64,000 bases of DNA from a virus (IMGVR_UViG_3300037419_001822:1-64000); one strand, 5' to 3'. Counted from the first letter of the stretch, positions 29,256 to 40,808 are shown. Notes: generated from the letters alone by a model not told the origin. Program-made: numbers and translations.

Positions 29256-29552
29256 TCACATCAGTTCGGCCAGCAGGCGGCCAGCGCCGCCGGGGACGCT
29301 CTCGCCGGTCTGCTCGCTGGGCCAGGCGCCGAGCAGGTGGCCCAGCTCGATCCGGGCGGCCTCGGGCCGGACCGAGTCGAGGAAGACCCAGAGCGTGTGC
29401 GGCTGCCGGACCACGGCGCAGGCGAGCCCGCCCGGCAGCGCGGCCCGCACCAGCCGGACGTGCTGGCGATGCAGGGCGAGATGGATGGCCACCACCAGGA
29501 GCGTCCAAGCCAGGAGCACGTAGAGCAGGCTGACCTCGATGGTGTACCGCAT
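29256..29552 (-). CDS. Membrane-anchored protein with degenerate ImmA/IrrE-like segment
   Basis: N-terminal hydrophobic helix, then VRLVRAALPGGLACAVV..TLWVFLDSVRPEAARIELGHLL. AAGGAG RBS. Confidence 0.55.
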   Translation of the reverse strand: MRYTIEVSLLYVLLAWTLLVVAIHLALHRQHVRLVRAALPGGLACAVVRQPHTLWVFLDSVRPEAARIELGHLLGAWPSEQTGESVPGGAGRLLAELM

Positions 29553-29721
29553 GACCCTGGTCTTCTCCTTCGAGGAGGATGTGCTGGGAGCGCGGCCCAC
29601 GAGGGTGCAGCCCCCGTGCACCGGTTGACGAACATATAGCCCCGAAGCGGACTCCACAGGAAAGGGCCTTTAGACCCTAAGGCGAGCTGCCGTGTTCCGC
29701 ATCGGATCATGGATAGTCGAG

Positions 29722-29758
29722 TTGACCATCCACACCCGGGCGCATAAACTGTCTATAC
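29722..29758 (+). promoter_or_regulatory. Sigma70-type promoter TTGACC-N17-TAAACT followed by a GTCTATAC box
   Basis: -35 at 29722-29727, -10 at 29745-29750, box at 29751-29758. Confidence 0.6.
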
Positions 29759-32700
29759 GCACGTACAACACGGGAGTGATCGTGCCACCCACCTCTGACA
29801 GTCACCTGAACGCCCACTTCTGCCTCGCATCCGGCCAGTTCGAGCACCCCGAGGACGGCGGCTTCGACCGCTGCTGCGACCGGCCGGACTGGCACCTGGA
29901 CGTCGAGCAGCACGCGGCCCTGGTCCGGCACGGCTACGATCCGGCGCTTCCGCCCCGGGGTGTCACCGGCGGCCCCGAGCGCGTCCGGGTGAGCTACCAG
30001 AAGGAGCCCCTCGGCGAGGGCTGGCCCGGCTGGCCGTACCTGCGCAACCACGTCTGCGAGCTGGACGGCATCCAGATCGACGGTCACGAGATGGGCGACC
30101 TCGACCCGGTCGGCCCCGGCTCGACGTGCCTGCACTGCGACTACACGATCCCGTGCGGCCTCTGCGGGTCGACCACCTGTTACTCCTGGGAGTGCCGGGA
30201 GACGATCCGATGAGCGGCGAGAGCCCCTGGTACGCGGCCTTCGACTACGACTTCAACGATCCCCACGGCAGGGTCGTGATCAGCCGGGCCCTGTTCGAGG
30301 AGGGCGAGTACATCGGCCGGAAGGTCATGCTCGTCATGATCGAGGGCGACCGGCGCGAGGGCGACGACTACGACGGTTTCGGCACGATCGTCACCGTCAC
30401 CGGCGTGCAGGACCCGATCGCCTCGCCCGACCACGTCGCGCTGATCACCGACTACCCCGATCGCTGGCGACGGAAGACCGTCGGGGAGTGCGGCGCGGTC
30501 AGCCCGGAGACCGGCCGCACCTGCGTGCGCCCGGACCGGCACGGCAACGACGAGCACCGGGTCGCCGACGGCCGCTGGTTCAGCCTGGAGGACGACGACT
30601 GATGGCGATCGTGTTCATGCTGCCGCACGTCACCTACAGCGCCAACGCCGACACCTGGCGCTGCTGGGCCTGCAAGCTGACCGGCGACCACGAGGACGAA
30701 CTCCGCCGCTGGGAGCACGAGGACGCCCACGCCGGGGACGACGTCGAGCTGCCGTTCGAGGACCCGCGCGTCGAGGCCTACCTCGACTGGGCGTTCTCGA
30801 TCGAGGACTCGGAGATCGAGGCCGCCGAGGAGATCGAGCGCGAGCGGCGGGAGGGGGCCTGATGGTCATCCTCGGGCCCCTGGCCCCCGCCGACCCCGAC
30901 CCCTGGCTGATCAAGCACGCCGACGTCGTCGCTTGGCTGCCGCCGTCGATCCGCGCCGACTTCGACGGCTCGCGCGCGGCGTCGCCGCCGGTGCGCCGCG
31001 TCGTGCTGGACGAGGTGCCGCAGGCCGAGGTGTGCCGGTTCGGCGAGGAGAAGCCCGTCCGGATCATCTCGTACCAGACTGAGGAGATCGCGGCGACCCT
31101 GTCGGTGCCGTCCGTCATCCTGATCGGCGACCCGCCGCACCACCGCTGCTCCTCGACCGGGTTCGAGCGGGTTGAGGAGTGGGAGTCGTGGATCGACCAC
31201 GAGAAGATCGGCCGGTTCGGCTGATGATCCAGGAGCCGGAGAAGGCCGACCTCGACATCGACTGGGGCGAGACGGTCGTACTGCGCTGCCGCGATCACCG
31301 CGACTGGGAGGAGTCGGTGATCGACCTGGCCGACGCGCTCGATGAATGGGAAGACCACTACGAGAGGAGACACCGATGATCTGCGTCGGGAAGCGGCGCT
31401 GGGACACCGAGGAGCGGGCCCGGGAGGCGCTGGCCGCCGCCCACGAGGAGGGCTATCGATCTGACAAGATCCCGATCCGCGCGTACCTGTGCACCGTCTG
31501 CACGGGCTGGCACCTGACCGCCCGGCCGGAGTTCACGAAGGCCGACCGGAAGCGCTACGCGCGGGGGCGGGGCCGGTGAGCCAGCGCCCAACGATTCGAG
31601 GAGAAGCGATGACCCGGCCGCTGTTCGCCGACGGCCTGCTGGACGCCGACCGGCGGGACACCTGCCGGGCATGCGGCGGAGAGATCCGCATGCAGATCCG
31701 CCGGGGCACCGGCCTGTGCTGCCAGCGCTGCCAGGAGGCGAAGGAGCGGGTGCCGCAGTGACGGCCGACTGGCCCGCCTACGGGGAACCGCGCTGCGACC
31801 ACCGCAACCCGGGCACGAAAGACGAGAACGGCAACCCGTACTGGCCGCGCTGCGACATGCGGCCGGGCCACGACGGCGATCACCACTCCGGTCACTGGCA
31901 GGACGTCATGTGGGTCTGGGGGGACGAGTGACCGAGACCCGGGAGGTGCGGGAGTTCGCCTGGCGGGTGTGGGTGTCCCGCTACGTGTGGGACCGGCAGC
32001 GGTCCGACGTCAGGGTGATGCTGCAGGCCGACCTGGAGGCGAAGGCCCGGGAGCAGGGGCATGAGCCGCTGCCCGGCACCTTCGGCTACCACGTCATCCG
32101 GCCGACGAGCGACGACGTCTTCATGCTGTCCGCCGAGGACCGCGAGTTCCTGGAGACCCGGGATGTCGTCTGGGTGCGGACCTGGCTGCGCTGCTACTCG
32201 ATCGAGGCGGCGACGTGAGTTGGCGCACCATCCAGGTCCCGCACCGGGCGCAGCGCCGCTTCGACGTGGCCTCCTGCCCCTGCGGCTGGCGGATGAGTGG
32301 CGACGACCACGAGATGCTCGACGCCTGGGCTGACGCGCACACCGAGGCCTTCGACGGCTGGCTGATGGAGATGGAGGAGTTCGTGCCCGAGGGGAGCGAT
32401 GGATGAGGCGCTGGACTTGGTTCGTCCGTGGCTACTACGCCACGGACGTCGCCCCTCCGAAGACGCCGGGGGCGCTGGCGATTGAGATCGGCGGGACGAG
32501 CCGCGAGGCTCTCGACATGGACTTGCGGGTCCTCCGGGAGCGCGAGGACATCGGACAGATCGACGGTCCGTACCCGGTGCCGGACCTGTGAAGCCGACGA
32601 GGGTCTCGATCGTCTGGTCCGTCCCCGGCCGGGTGTGGCTGTCCGGCAAGGCCGCGCAGGACCGCGAGTGGGACGGGGCCCGGAAGCGCTTCGATGACGA

Positions 32701-34602
32701 CCTCGCCAGGAAGGGCCTGACCCTGATCGGCGATCCGACGGAGTCGATCGAGTTCGATGAGCAGCACAGGCATGTGATCTTGCACATCGAGGCGGAGGCG
32801 CAGCCAGCGGTGAACGTGTGGATCGCTCCGCTCGATTCCGTGCCGGGTGACCGTGCGTCATGGAAGCCGCTGGGCTGGTGCGACGAGATCAACTTGACCT
32901 TCCGGACTCCGTGATGTGCTACACCTGTCGCCATGAACGTGGAGCTTCCGTAGCATCAAGGCCTCTTGATCTTGCACGGAGCGTGAACCCTTGTCGAGCC
33001 GCGTGTAGTGACACGCGGACCGACACGCCGGGCCCGTCGCGACACGCCGGTGTCAATACGTGATCTTGTTTGTACGGCCCTAACTAACTTTCCGCAGGTT
33101 AGCACATGCAGATGGGGGGTCAGGCGCTCCACGGGGCTCTCAGGGCGATTACGGACGTATTGACGCTCCGTGTAGAGCTGGGTGTCCCTACGTACGTAAT
33201 TACGATGAGGTCGAGGAGGGCCCCGAGTTGAGGTTACGCAGAGTGAGAACGATGCGGTTCCCGTTCTGGTGGTTCTGGCTGATCTTCGTCACCCTCGTCG
33301 CCCTTGGACTGGCCGGTCTCGCATGACCCTGCCCCAACCCGAGCACCCGCGAGCGCGGGTGCCGATCGAGAGGAAGACCGCGTGATCTTCGCAATCGTGA
33401 CGTTCGTTGCCCACCCGATCCGCTTTGTGCGCGACTGGCGACAGAGCCGTCGCGACTTCCCGAGGAGATCCGCATGAAGATGATCTACCAGGAGCAGCCC
33501 GCCGGGGACGCCGACCTGGCCCGCCTGCTGCACGACGCCATGCGCCACGGCCAGGCCACCTCCGCCGAGGTGATGGCCAAGGTTGAGCACCGCTTCTACT
33601 ACGACCCGAAGTTCGCCGCGATGGTGAAGATGGTCGTCGGTGTCATGGACATGCACCACCGCCTCGACCCCGGCGAGACCGACGTCGCCCGCATGGCCGC
33701 CGCCGTGGCCTTCGTGGTCACCGAGCAGCACCAGGAGCAGCGGGACCGCGAACTGCTCGCCCGCCACCTCCGCGCTCTCGCCTCGGCCGAGAACGTCGAG
33801 GACTGGCCCGGCTACATCCGCGACGTCGCCGACGGCCACGACGCTGGCACCTCCTGGTACCGGCCGTGACCACCCGGCACTCCGGCTACCAGATCATCCT
33901 GGCCGACGACGTCCGCGACGACGACGCCGAGCAGCTCATCGCCGCCCTCTACATGATCAAGGGCGTCATCCGGGTCATCCCGATCGAGGCCGACTACGAA
34001 GCCATCCTGGCCATGGCCCGCCGCGACGACGAATGGCGGCAGGCGCTGCTCAACCTGCTGCAGGAGATGCGATGACGAACTATCCGTGCAGGGGGCCCAA
34101 GTTCCCGTCGCACCGGGACGCGCACGAGGCGATGGAACGCGAGCGCCACGCCGCCTACGGAGTACGGATGTTGGTCGATCAGCCCTACGCCTACCTCTGC
34201 ATCGATGGCCACTGGCACGTTCGGATGGAGTGGCGATGAGCCTGCGCGAGTGGTACCGGGAGACGGTCCGCGACCCCAGGTGCTTCTACCTCTACGGCTC
34301 GCTGACCTGCAGCTACTGCGGTGAGACGCTGTGCTTCCCGGTGCCCGGCCTGGACCTGGACCGGGTGGCGTCGGCGCACTACGCCCGCGCCTGGCGAGCG
34401 CACGGCGCGATCACGAAGGCGAGGGCCGCGCTGTGACCCTGGGGGAGGCCCTGGACCTCCTGCGCAGTTCGTGGGCCTGCGCGTGCATCGGCCCAGCCCC
34501 CGGGGCGTCGACCTGCCCCTGTCGCCTGGCGGTGGCCGAGGCCCGGGAGCTGCAGCGCGGCGCGCACATCGTGGCCCGGCTGCTGTCGGACGCCGGGAAG
34601 GT

Positions 34603-35082
34603 GTGATCGTGACCCTGGTGGAGTTCCTGCTCGCCCGCCTGGCCGAGGACGAGGAGATGGCCCGGTCGGCACCCGGCCCCCGGTGGGTCGCCAAGTACCG
34701 GCAGAAGCCCGAGCCGCCGTTCGCGGTCGAGCGCTACGCCATCGCCTCCCCGGTCGAGTTCATGGGCCAGGAGCTGGGCGCGCAGACGGTCGCGTTCACC
34801 GAGGACGACACCGCCGAGTCCAAGGCGCTGGTCTACCACGCGGTGCGCTGGGGTCCGGCGCGGGTGCTGGCCGAGTGCGCGGTGAAACGGCGGCTGATCG
34901 AGGAGCACGGCGAGGGTCAGCCATGGAGCCCGGCGCGGAACCCGGGCCGCTGTCGCGTCTGCACCGCGATCGGGCCGGACGGCGGGGCGGCACGCTTCCG
35001 CGCCCCATGTCCTACCCTGCGCCTTCTTGCGCTGCCCTACGCCGACCACCCGGACTATGACCATGGGAGCTGGGCGGCGTAG
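34603..35082 (+). CDS. DUF6221-like protein
   Basis: LVEFLLARLAEDE, PARVLAECAVKRRLI and TLRLLALPYADHPDY motifs. Confidence 0.75.
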   Translation: MIVTLVEFLLARLAEDEEMARSAPGPRWVAKYRQKPEPPFAVERYAIASPVEFMGQELGAQTVAFTEDDTAESKALVYHAVRWGPARVLAECAVKRRLIEEHGEGQPWSPARNPGRCRVCTAIGPDGGAARFRAPCPTLRLLALPYADHPDYDHGSWAA

Positions 35083-35092
35083 TGTCCGCGCC

Positions 35093-36343
35093 ATGGTTCG
35101 AATGCCGCCCGGCGTGACCATGTACGTGAATAACGATGGCTCAAAGAGCTACCGGATCCGGTGGCGGGAGAAGGGCAACGGCCCGCAGCAGTCGCACGTC
35201 TACTCGCGGGTGGCGGAGGCCGCCGACGCGCTGGCCAGGATCAAGGCCAACGGGAAGGTGTGCGACTGCCCGGCGCACTCCCCGGAGCTGGTGCGCGACG
35301 AGCCGACGGTCGCCGTCGCCGGGGATCGGGGGTCGGGCTACACGTTCGGCGAGGCGGTCGCCGACTACATCCGGGCCCGCACCGGCATCGGCAAGGGCTA
35401 CCGCAGCCGGTTCACCGTCGAGATGACCCGCCACTTCGCGCCGCTGCTGGACTCCCCGATCACCGCGATCACCGAGCACGACGTGCGGCTGTGGATCCGG
35501 GGCTGCGAGGAGGCCGAGCATCCGTGGCTGCTGCGCCGGGTGCGCGGCAGCGAGAACGACTACGAGCCCTACCCGCTGTCGCCGACGACGATCCGGCGGC
35601 TGCTCACCCAGGCCGGGTCGGCGGTGGCCGCCGCGCAGGAGGCCGGTCGGCCGGTGCCCGCCCCGAACCCGTTCCGCCGCCACCGGCTGCGGCAGGGCCC
35701 GGACCGGCACGCGGTGATGCGGATCCTCACCCCCGAGGAGTGGGCGCTGCTGGAGTCCGAGCTGCCCGAGGGCTGGGGCCGGGACCTGGCGCGGCTGCTG
35801 GTCGGCACCGGGCTGCGCTTCTCGGAGGCGACGGCGCTGCGGGTCGGCGACGTGGACGTGCTGGCCTCCCCGCCCCGGCTGCACGTGCGGCACGCCTGGA
35901 AGGACGACGGCCGGGGCCGGATGGAGCTGGGCGCCCCCAAGTCACACCGGTCGCGGCGCACGGTGACGTTCGGCCCGGCCGTGGTTGATGCGCTGGCCGC
36001 GCACGTGGTCGCCAAGGAACGACACGAGCTGGTGTTCACCGCGCCCCGGGGTGGGCCGGTGCGCCAAGGCAACTTCTACCACCGGCAGTGGTCCCCGGCG
36101 GTGCGCCGGGCGATGCAGCGCGGGCTGCCCCGCGCCCCGCGCATCCACGACCTGCGGCACACCTACGCCTCGTGGCAGTTGATGGACGGCGTCGCGCTGC
36201 TGACCGTGTCCCGCAGGCTCGGCCACGAGACGGCGGCCGTCACCTCCGACATCTACGGCGACATCAATCCGCAGGCCGAGGAGGCGGCGGTGGCCTCGAT
36301 CGAGCGGGCGATGAGCCGGGCGAACTCCGAGCTTCCTGGGTAA
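35093..36343 (+). CDS. int: Tyrosine integrase
   Basis: Catalytic set TGLRFSEA (R), PKS (K), HDLRH (HxxR), RLGH, IYG (Y). N-terminal YRIRWR arm-binding-like segment. Start could also be 35102 or 35120. Confidence 0.93.
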   Translation: MVRMPPGVTMYVNNDGSKSYRIRWREKGNGPQQSHVYSRVAEAADALARIKANGKVCDCPAHSPELVRDEPTVAVAGDRGSGYTFGEAVADYIRARTGIGKGYRSRFTVEMTRHFAPLLDSPITAITEHDVRLWIRGCEEAEHPWLLRRVRGSENDYEPYPLSPTTIRRLLTQAGSAVAAAQEAGRPVPAPNPFRRHRLRQGPDRHAVMRILTPEEWALLESELPEGWGRDLARLLVGTGLRFSEATALRVGDVDVLASPPRLHVRHAWKDDGRGRMELGAPKSHRSRRTVTFGPAVVDALAAHVVAKERHELVFTAPRGGPVRQGNFYHRQWSPAVRRAMQRGLPRAPRIHDLRHTYASWQLMDGVALLTVSRRLGHETAAVTSDIYGDINPQAEEAAVASIERAMSRANSELPG

Positions 36344-36408
36344 ATCCTGGGGGGCTACGGTTGTCTTTAACAACCCAGGCCGATCGCTCCAACGAGGGGG
36401 CACGCACC

Positions 36409-36726
36409 ATGGCCGATCCGATCCTGGAACTGCGCAGAGTCCTGCACGGGGTCTTCCGCCTGGACCTGGCCGACGGATGCATCCGCATCCGGATCGGGCC
36501 GCTGCCGGACCACATGATCGCCGCCGGGGTGGTGGAGGACCACCACATGTACCTGTTCATCGACCGGGAGAAGCCGGGCGCGATCGACCACGCCCGGGAG
36601 CTGCTGGCCGCGCACCCGGAGCTGGTGCTGTGCAACCTGGCGGGGGTGGAGGTCACCCGGGACTCGCTGATGGCGGAGAACGGCGCGGTCGCCGACTTCA
36701 TCCTCCGGCAGGCCGAGGAGGACTAG
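36409..36726 (+). CDS. Hypothetical protein with degenerate ImmA/IrrE-like segment
   Basis: IRIRIGPLPDHMIAAGVV..HMYLFIDREKPGAIDHARELLAAHP resembles 29256..29552 and 36723..37016. Confidence 0.55.
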   Translation: MADPILELRRVLHGVFRLDLADGCIRIRIGPLPDHMIAAGVVEDHHMYLFIDREKPGAIDHARELLAAHPELVLCNLAGVEVTRDSLMAENGAVADFILRQAEED

Positions 36727-37016
36727 CCGACCAGCTCCATCGCGGAGGCGGCCGGGGGAACGACGAACGGCATGCGCAGCACGGCGGGCATCGGCCAGGT
36801 GCGGAGCAGGTCGCGGAGCTGGCCGAGCGCCTCGGGGCGGGCCAGGTCGAGGATCACCCACAGCGTCTCGCCCTGGCGGGCCAGGCTGACGGCGTGCCTG
36901 CCGGTCAGTTCCGCGTTCACCACGCGCAGCTCACCGTTGACCGGGATCTTGGTGAGATCGCCGTCCTCGGCGAAACGCCGGAGCACAGCGGCAGCAGGAG
37001 CCGAAAGGTGACGCAT
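36723..37016 (-). CDS. Hypothetical protein, paralogue of 29256..29552
   Basis: TLWVILDLARPEALGQLRDLLRTWP versus TLWVFLDSVRPEAARIELGHLLGAWP. Confidence 0.6.
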   Translation of the reverse strand: MRHLSAPAAAVLRRFAEDGDLTKIPVNGELRVVNAELTGRHAVSLARQGETLWVILDLARPEALGQLRDLLRTWPMPAVLRMPFVVPPAASAMELVG

Positions 37017-37140
37017 GACCTGTTCCCCCTTGCCTGGGAGTGAGGTCTCCGGCCCCTGTGGGCGAGCTGTAAGTCAACCCCCGGCGCAGATCATGAAACC
37101 TTGATGTTTGCCATATGGCAAGAGGGGTACAGGGACGTTA

Positions 37141-37674
37141 TTACCGATTCGATCCACCGGGGGGCAGGAAGGTGGGCCCCAGGCCGCCGACGTCGCCCTC
37201 GCCGTTGCCGTCGCGTGGAGGTGGAGCGTGCCCGTGCGGCGTCTCCTGGCGCACCTCCTTGGCCGACTCCTCGGCGATGATCGCCAGGATGTGGGCGGTG
37301 GCGCGGGCGCGCTCCTCGGGCGTCACATCATCGCTGCCGTAGAAGCGGCTGACGATGTAGCGCACGTCGGAGGCGGTGACGTCCTGCTCGACCACGTTGA
37401 GCCCGCTGGCCACGGCGGCGGCGCGGGACAGCTCCTCCTCGGTGATGGGCAGCACGGAGGCGAGCCGGGCGATCACGTCGGCCGGGATGCGGTGCGGGCG
37501 TCGGCCGGTGTGCCGCTGCGGGTTGAGGTGGTAGGCCACGCCGGGGCGCTGCGAGTCGGTGAATCCGGCGCGTCTGATCAGCTCCCGGACGCTGACGTTG
37601 CGCCCCTCCCGTCTGATCAGCTCACTACGTGCGTGCTCTACGGCTTCGATGAAGGCATCCACAGTGGTGAGCAT
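37141..37674 (-). CDS. Putative immunity repressor (HTH)
   Basis: VSVRELIRRAG..GVAYHL..ADVIARLASVLPITEEEL is XRE-like. Divergent from the excisionase-like gene and close to the integrase; GGAAGG RBS. Confidence 0.65.
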   Translation of the reverse strand: MLTTVDAFIEAVEHARSELIRREGRNVSVRELIRRAGFTDSQRPGVAYHLNPQRHTGRRPHRIPADVIARLASVLPITEEELSRAAAVASGLNVVEQDVTASDVRYIVSRFYGSDDVTPEERARATAHILAIIAEESAKEVRQETPHGHAPPPRDGNGEGDVGGLGPTFLPPGGSNR

Positions 37675-38039
37675 CGTATTGCGTCCTTCCCGAGGGCGGC
37701 CACCCGAAGTCACCCCGAATGATGACTCAAGACTCGTCAGCCGTTGGTCAAACGCTAGTGGGCTAACCTGTGTCTCAAGTAAATTCCCTGTTAATCGCAT
37801 CAACGCCCTGACCTCGCCTTTTAGGAACGTTACCGTTCAGTACTGGGCGTTTCCTGGACTACCCCCCAGTCTTGGGGGGCACACCGGATCGTGATACGGG
37901 TCTCAGGTTTGTCTAAAGAATCTTGATCCAGGCACCGCACCGACCTTGTGGTCTGGCTCACCATCGTTCATCATTGGTGTAACGCGCTTCACCGCGCGGT
38001 GAGAGCCCCCCTTAGCCAGACGATCGAGGTCTCCCGCCC

Positions 38040-38258
38040 ATGCCTGACCACGCCACGGTCGAGCTGCCGATCACCCACCCGCTGCGCCTGTTCACCCTCC
38101 CCGAGGCCGCGCGGATCACCGGCATCTCGGAGGCCACCCTGCACCGCTGGTGCCAGAAGGACGAGGTCGCGCACCACAACATCCGGGGCACCGGCCGCAA
38201 GTTCTCCTACGCCGAACTGGAGCAGCTCATCCGCTCCGGCGAGCGAGGCCCCCGATGA
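38040..38258 (+). CDS. Excisionase/Cro-like HTH protein (HTH_17/MerR-like)
   Basis: LFTLPEAARITGISEATLHRWC...RKFSYAELEQLI. Confidence 0.8.
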   Translation: MPDHATVELPITHPLRLFTLPEAARITGISEATLHRWCQKDEVAHHNIRGTGRKFSYAELEQLIRSGERGPR

Positions 38259-39087
38259 CCCGCATCTTCGGCAAGCAGGCACTCCTGGATCGGTTGACCG
38301 AGACCGAGCTGGAGAACGCACGACTGCGCGACCTGCTCCGCGACCTCATCGACACCTACCGGCTCACCAACCGGCACGACGAGGCCCTGCTCCTCGTCCC
38401 CGACGACCTGTGGCTCGACATCCGCCTCGCCGCAGGCGTCGACCCCGAGACCATCCCCGGCGGCGGTCCGGACTCCGCGAGCGGGGAACTCGCGCGAGGA
38501 CCCGCCGCCGCCGGGGATGCCCCACCCGAAGAGAAGTCCGCATGATCGCCCTCCGCTTCCTCGCCGGGGCGCTCGCCGCCTGGGTGACCACCGTCGCCGT
38601 CGCCCTCCACCGCCTCCACGCGGGCTGCTACCCCTGCCCGCCCTGCGACCACGACGACCGGAGCCCCGAGTGACCCGCGACCAGTACATCCACCGCACCA
38701 TCGACCGGCTGGTCGCGCAGGGCCGCGACGGGCTGGGCCGGGCCCACTACGAGCGGATGCGCAAAGGCATGCACCCCGACGTCGCCCTCCCCGCGTGGGA
38801 GGAGCTGACCGAGCGCACCCGCGAGACCTACCGGGCCAAGCTGGACTACCTGCTGCCGGTCGTCGCCAACATGGTCGCCGGGCTGGTGCACCAGGCCCTC
38901 GACCGGGACGACGCCGCGTGAGCGCACCGCTGGCCCTGGCCCTGGTGGAGTACGCCCCCGACCGGCGCACCGCCGAGGTCGCCGCCATCGAGGCCGTCCG
39001 CGTCGGTGTCACCTCCGCCCAGCTCCGCCTGGCCTGGCACCGCTGGGAGGCCCAGCACCGCACCGCCCGACTCCGAGGAGAGGCCGA

Positions 39088-39654
39088 ATGACCGCGCCCA
39101 TCGTGTTCGCAGACGTGGAAAGTACCGGCCTGCACTCGGTCGAGGACGACATCTGGGAATTCGCCGCCATCCGCCGCGAACCCGACGGCGCCGAGACCGA
39201 GCTGCACCTGTTCATCGACCACGACCAGGAACGCTGCGCCCAGCTCCCTCAGCCGTTCCTCAACGATCACCTGCAGCGCTGGCCGAACATGTTCTCCGTC
39301 GACCCGGCCGTGTCCCGGGAGGAGGCGGCCACCCTCATCGACGGCTTCTTCCGGGGCCCGGAAGGCTCGGCCAAGGCCCACCTGGTCGGCGCCGTCCCGA
39401 GCTTCGATGACGTCCGGCTGGCCCGCCTCCTCGGGGTCGACGCCTCCCAGACCCCCTGGCACTACCATCTCATTTGTTGCGAGGTGCTGGCCATCGGCTA
39501 CCTCGCCGCGCGCGGAACTGTCATCCGCCCGCCGTACAACTCGGACGACGTCTCCGCCGCGCTCGGCGTCGAGGCACCCGAGGGGGAGCGGCACACCGCC
39601 CTGGGCGACGTGCGCTGGGCGATGCGGATCTACGACGCCGTCATGGGCGACTAA
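39088..39654 (+). CDS. DEDDh 3'-5' exonuclease (DnaQ-like)
   Basis: FADVESTGL (ExoI), VGAVPSFD (ExoII), HTALGDV (ExoIII). Confidence 0.85.
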   Translation: MTAPIVFADVESTGLHSVEDDIWEFAAIRREPDGAETELHLFIDHDQERCAQLPQPFLNDHLQRWPNMFSVDPAVSREEAATLIDGFFRGPEGSAKAHLVGAVPSFDDVRLARLLGVDASQTPWHYHLICCEVLAIGYLAARGTVIRPPYNSDDVSAALGVEAPEGERHTALGDVRWAMRIYDAVMGD

Positions 39655-39869
39655 CCGTCCTGACCAACCGGTAAGGGGGAATCCACCGTGGACGAGCTGG
39701 ATCAAGAGATCAAGGCCGCGTATCGGCGGCTGACCGTGCAGCGCGCGACGTTCATGCTCTCCGCCTCCGGAGAGGTGTTCACCGCCTGCGAGCAGGCCGA
39801 GCGGGAGCTGAACGACCTGCTCGACCGGCGCTACGAGCTGCTCATGGTGGGGCCGATAGCGGTCGCGGC

Positions 39870-40238
39870 GTGACCAGGCAGGTCAGGCACGGCACCCGGC
39901 AGGCCTACCAGGAAGACGGCTGCCGCTGCGGCGAATGCTGCGCCGCCGAGTACGACCGCCGCCACCGGGGCCTGCCACCGGGAGACGACCGGCACGGCAC
40001 CGAGAACGGCTACAACAACCTCGGCTGCCGCTGCGACCCGTGCAAGCGGGCCCACGCCGAGTCGCAGCGCGAGCAGCACGCCTCCCGCCGCCAGCGCGGC
40101 CTGCCCCCCGGTGATCCCCGGCACGGCACGGTCAACGGCTACGGCAACTGGAGCTGCCGCTGCGAGCCGTGCACGGCGGCGCACACCCGGGCCAACGTCG
40201 AGCGGCAGCGGCTGCGGCGCCTGAGGAGAGCGGCGTGA
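39870..40238 (+). CDS. Protein with three tandem HGT..(G/A)Y....CRC..C zinc-binding-like repeats
   Basis: HGTRQAYQEDGCRCGEC, HGTENGYNNLGCRCDPC, HGTVNGYGNWSCRCEPC. Confidence 0.75.
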   Translation: MTRQVRHGTRQAYQEDGCRCGECCAAEYDRRHRGLPPGDDRHGTENGYNNLGCRCDPCKRAHAESQREQHASRRQRGLPPGDPRHGTVNGYGNWSCRCEPCTAAHTRANVERQRLRRLRRAA

Positions 40239-40808
40239 GCTACGACCGGGGCGGGGACTGGTTCGCCCGGATCCGGCGCGAGTTGAGCTGCCCGGACGGC
40301 CCGCACCGGGGACCGCAGGGGCCCAACGAGGACTTCGGCCAGTGCCCGACCTGCGGGTCGATCACCTGGGCCAAGCGCCCGGCGGGGGAGACGTTCGGCT
40401 GGCACGCCGACGACTGCTCCCTGCCGGTCGACCACGAGTCGTTCTGCGCGCCGGGCGGTGCCGGGCATCCGGCCGCGCCGGTGATCCGGGGCTTCTGGCC
40501 GGACGACCGGCGGTCCCCGGACTACCGCCGGTGAGCGACGACTACGAGCTGAGCCTGCGGGAGCGGCTGGCCGTCTGGCTGACCGTGCGCGCACCGGAGC
40601 TGCGGATGCCCTACTCGCTGGCCGAGGAGTTGCTGGAGCCGGACGGGCCGCTCGGTGAGGAGCTGGCCAACGTCGGCCGGATCGGGCGGATCGAGGCCCT
40701 GCTGCCGAACATCGGCGAGCTGGCCGCGTTCGAGCGCGACGCCGGACGCGACGCCGTGCCGCTGCTGCTGGTGCGCGACCACCTCCGTCACATCCTGGAC
40801 GACGACGC

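Noticed and set aside
33095-33135. Second tRNA-derived att site (..CATGCAGATGGGGGTCAGG..)
   Set aside because: There is no TTCGA T-loop or pairing stems; the resemblance is too weak.
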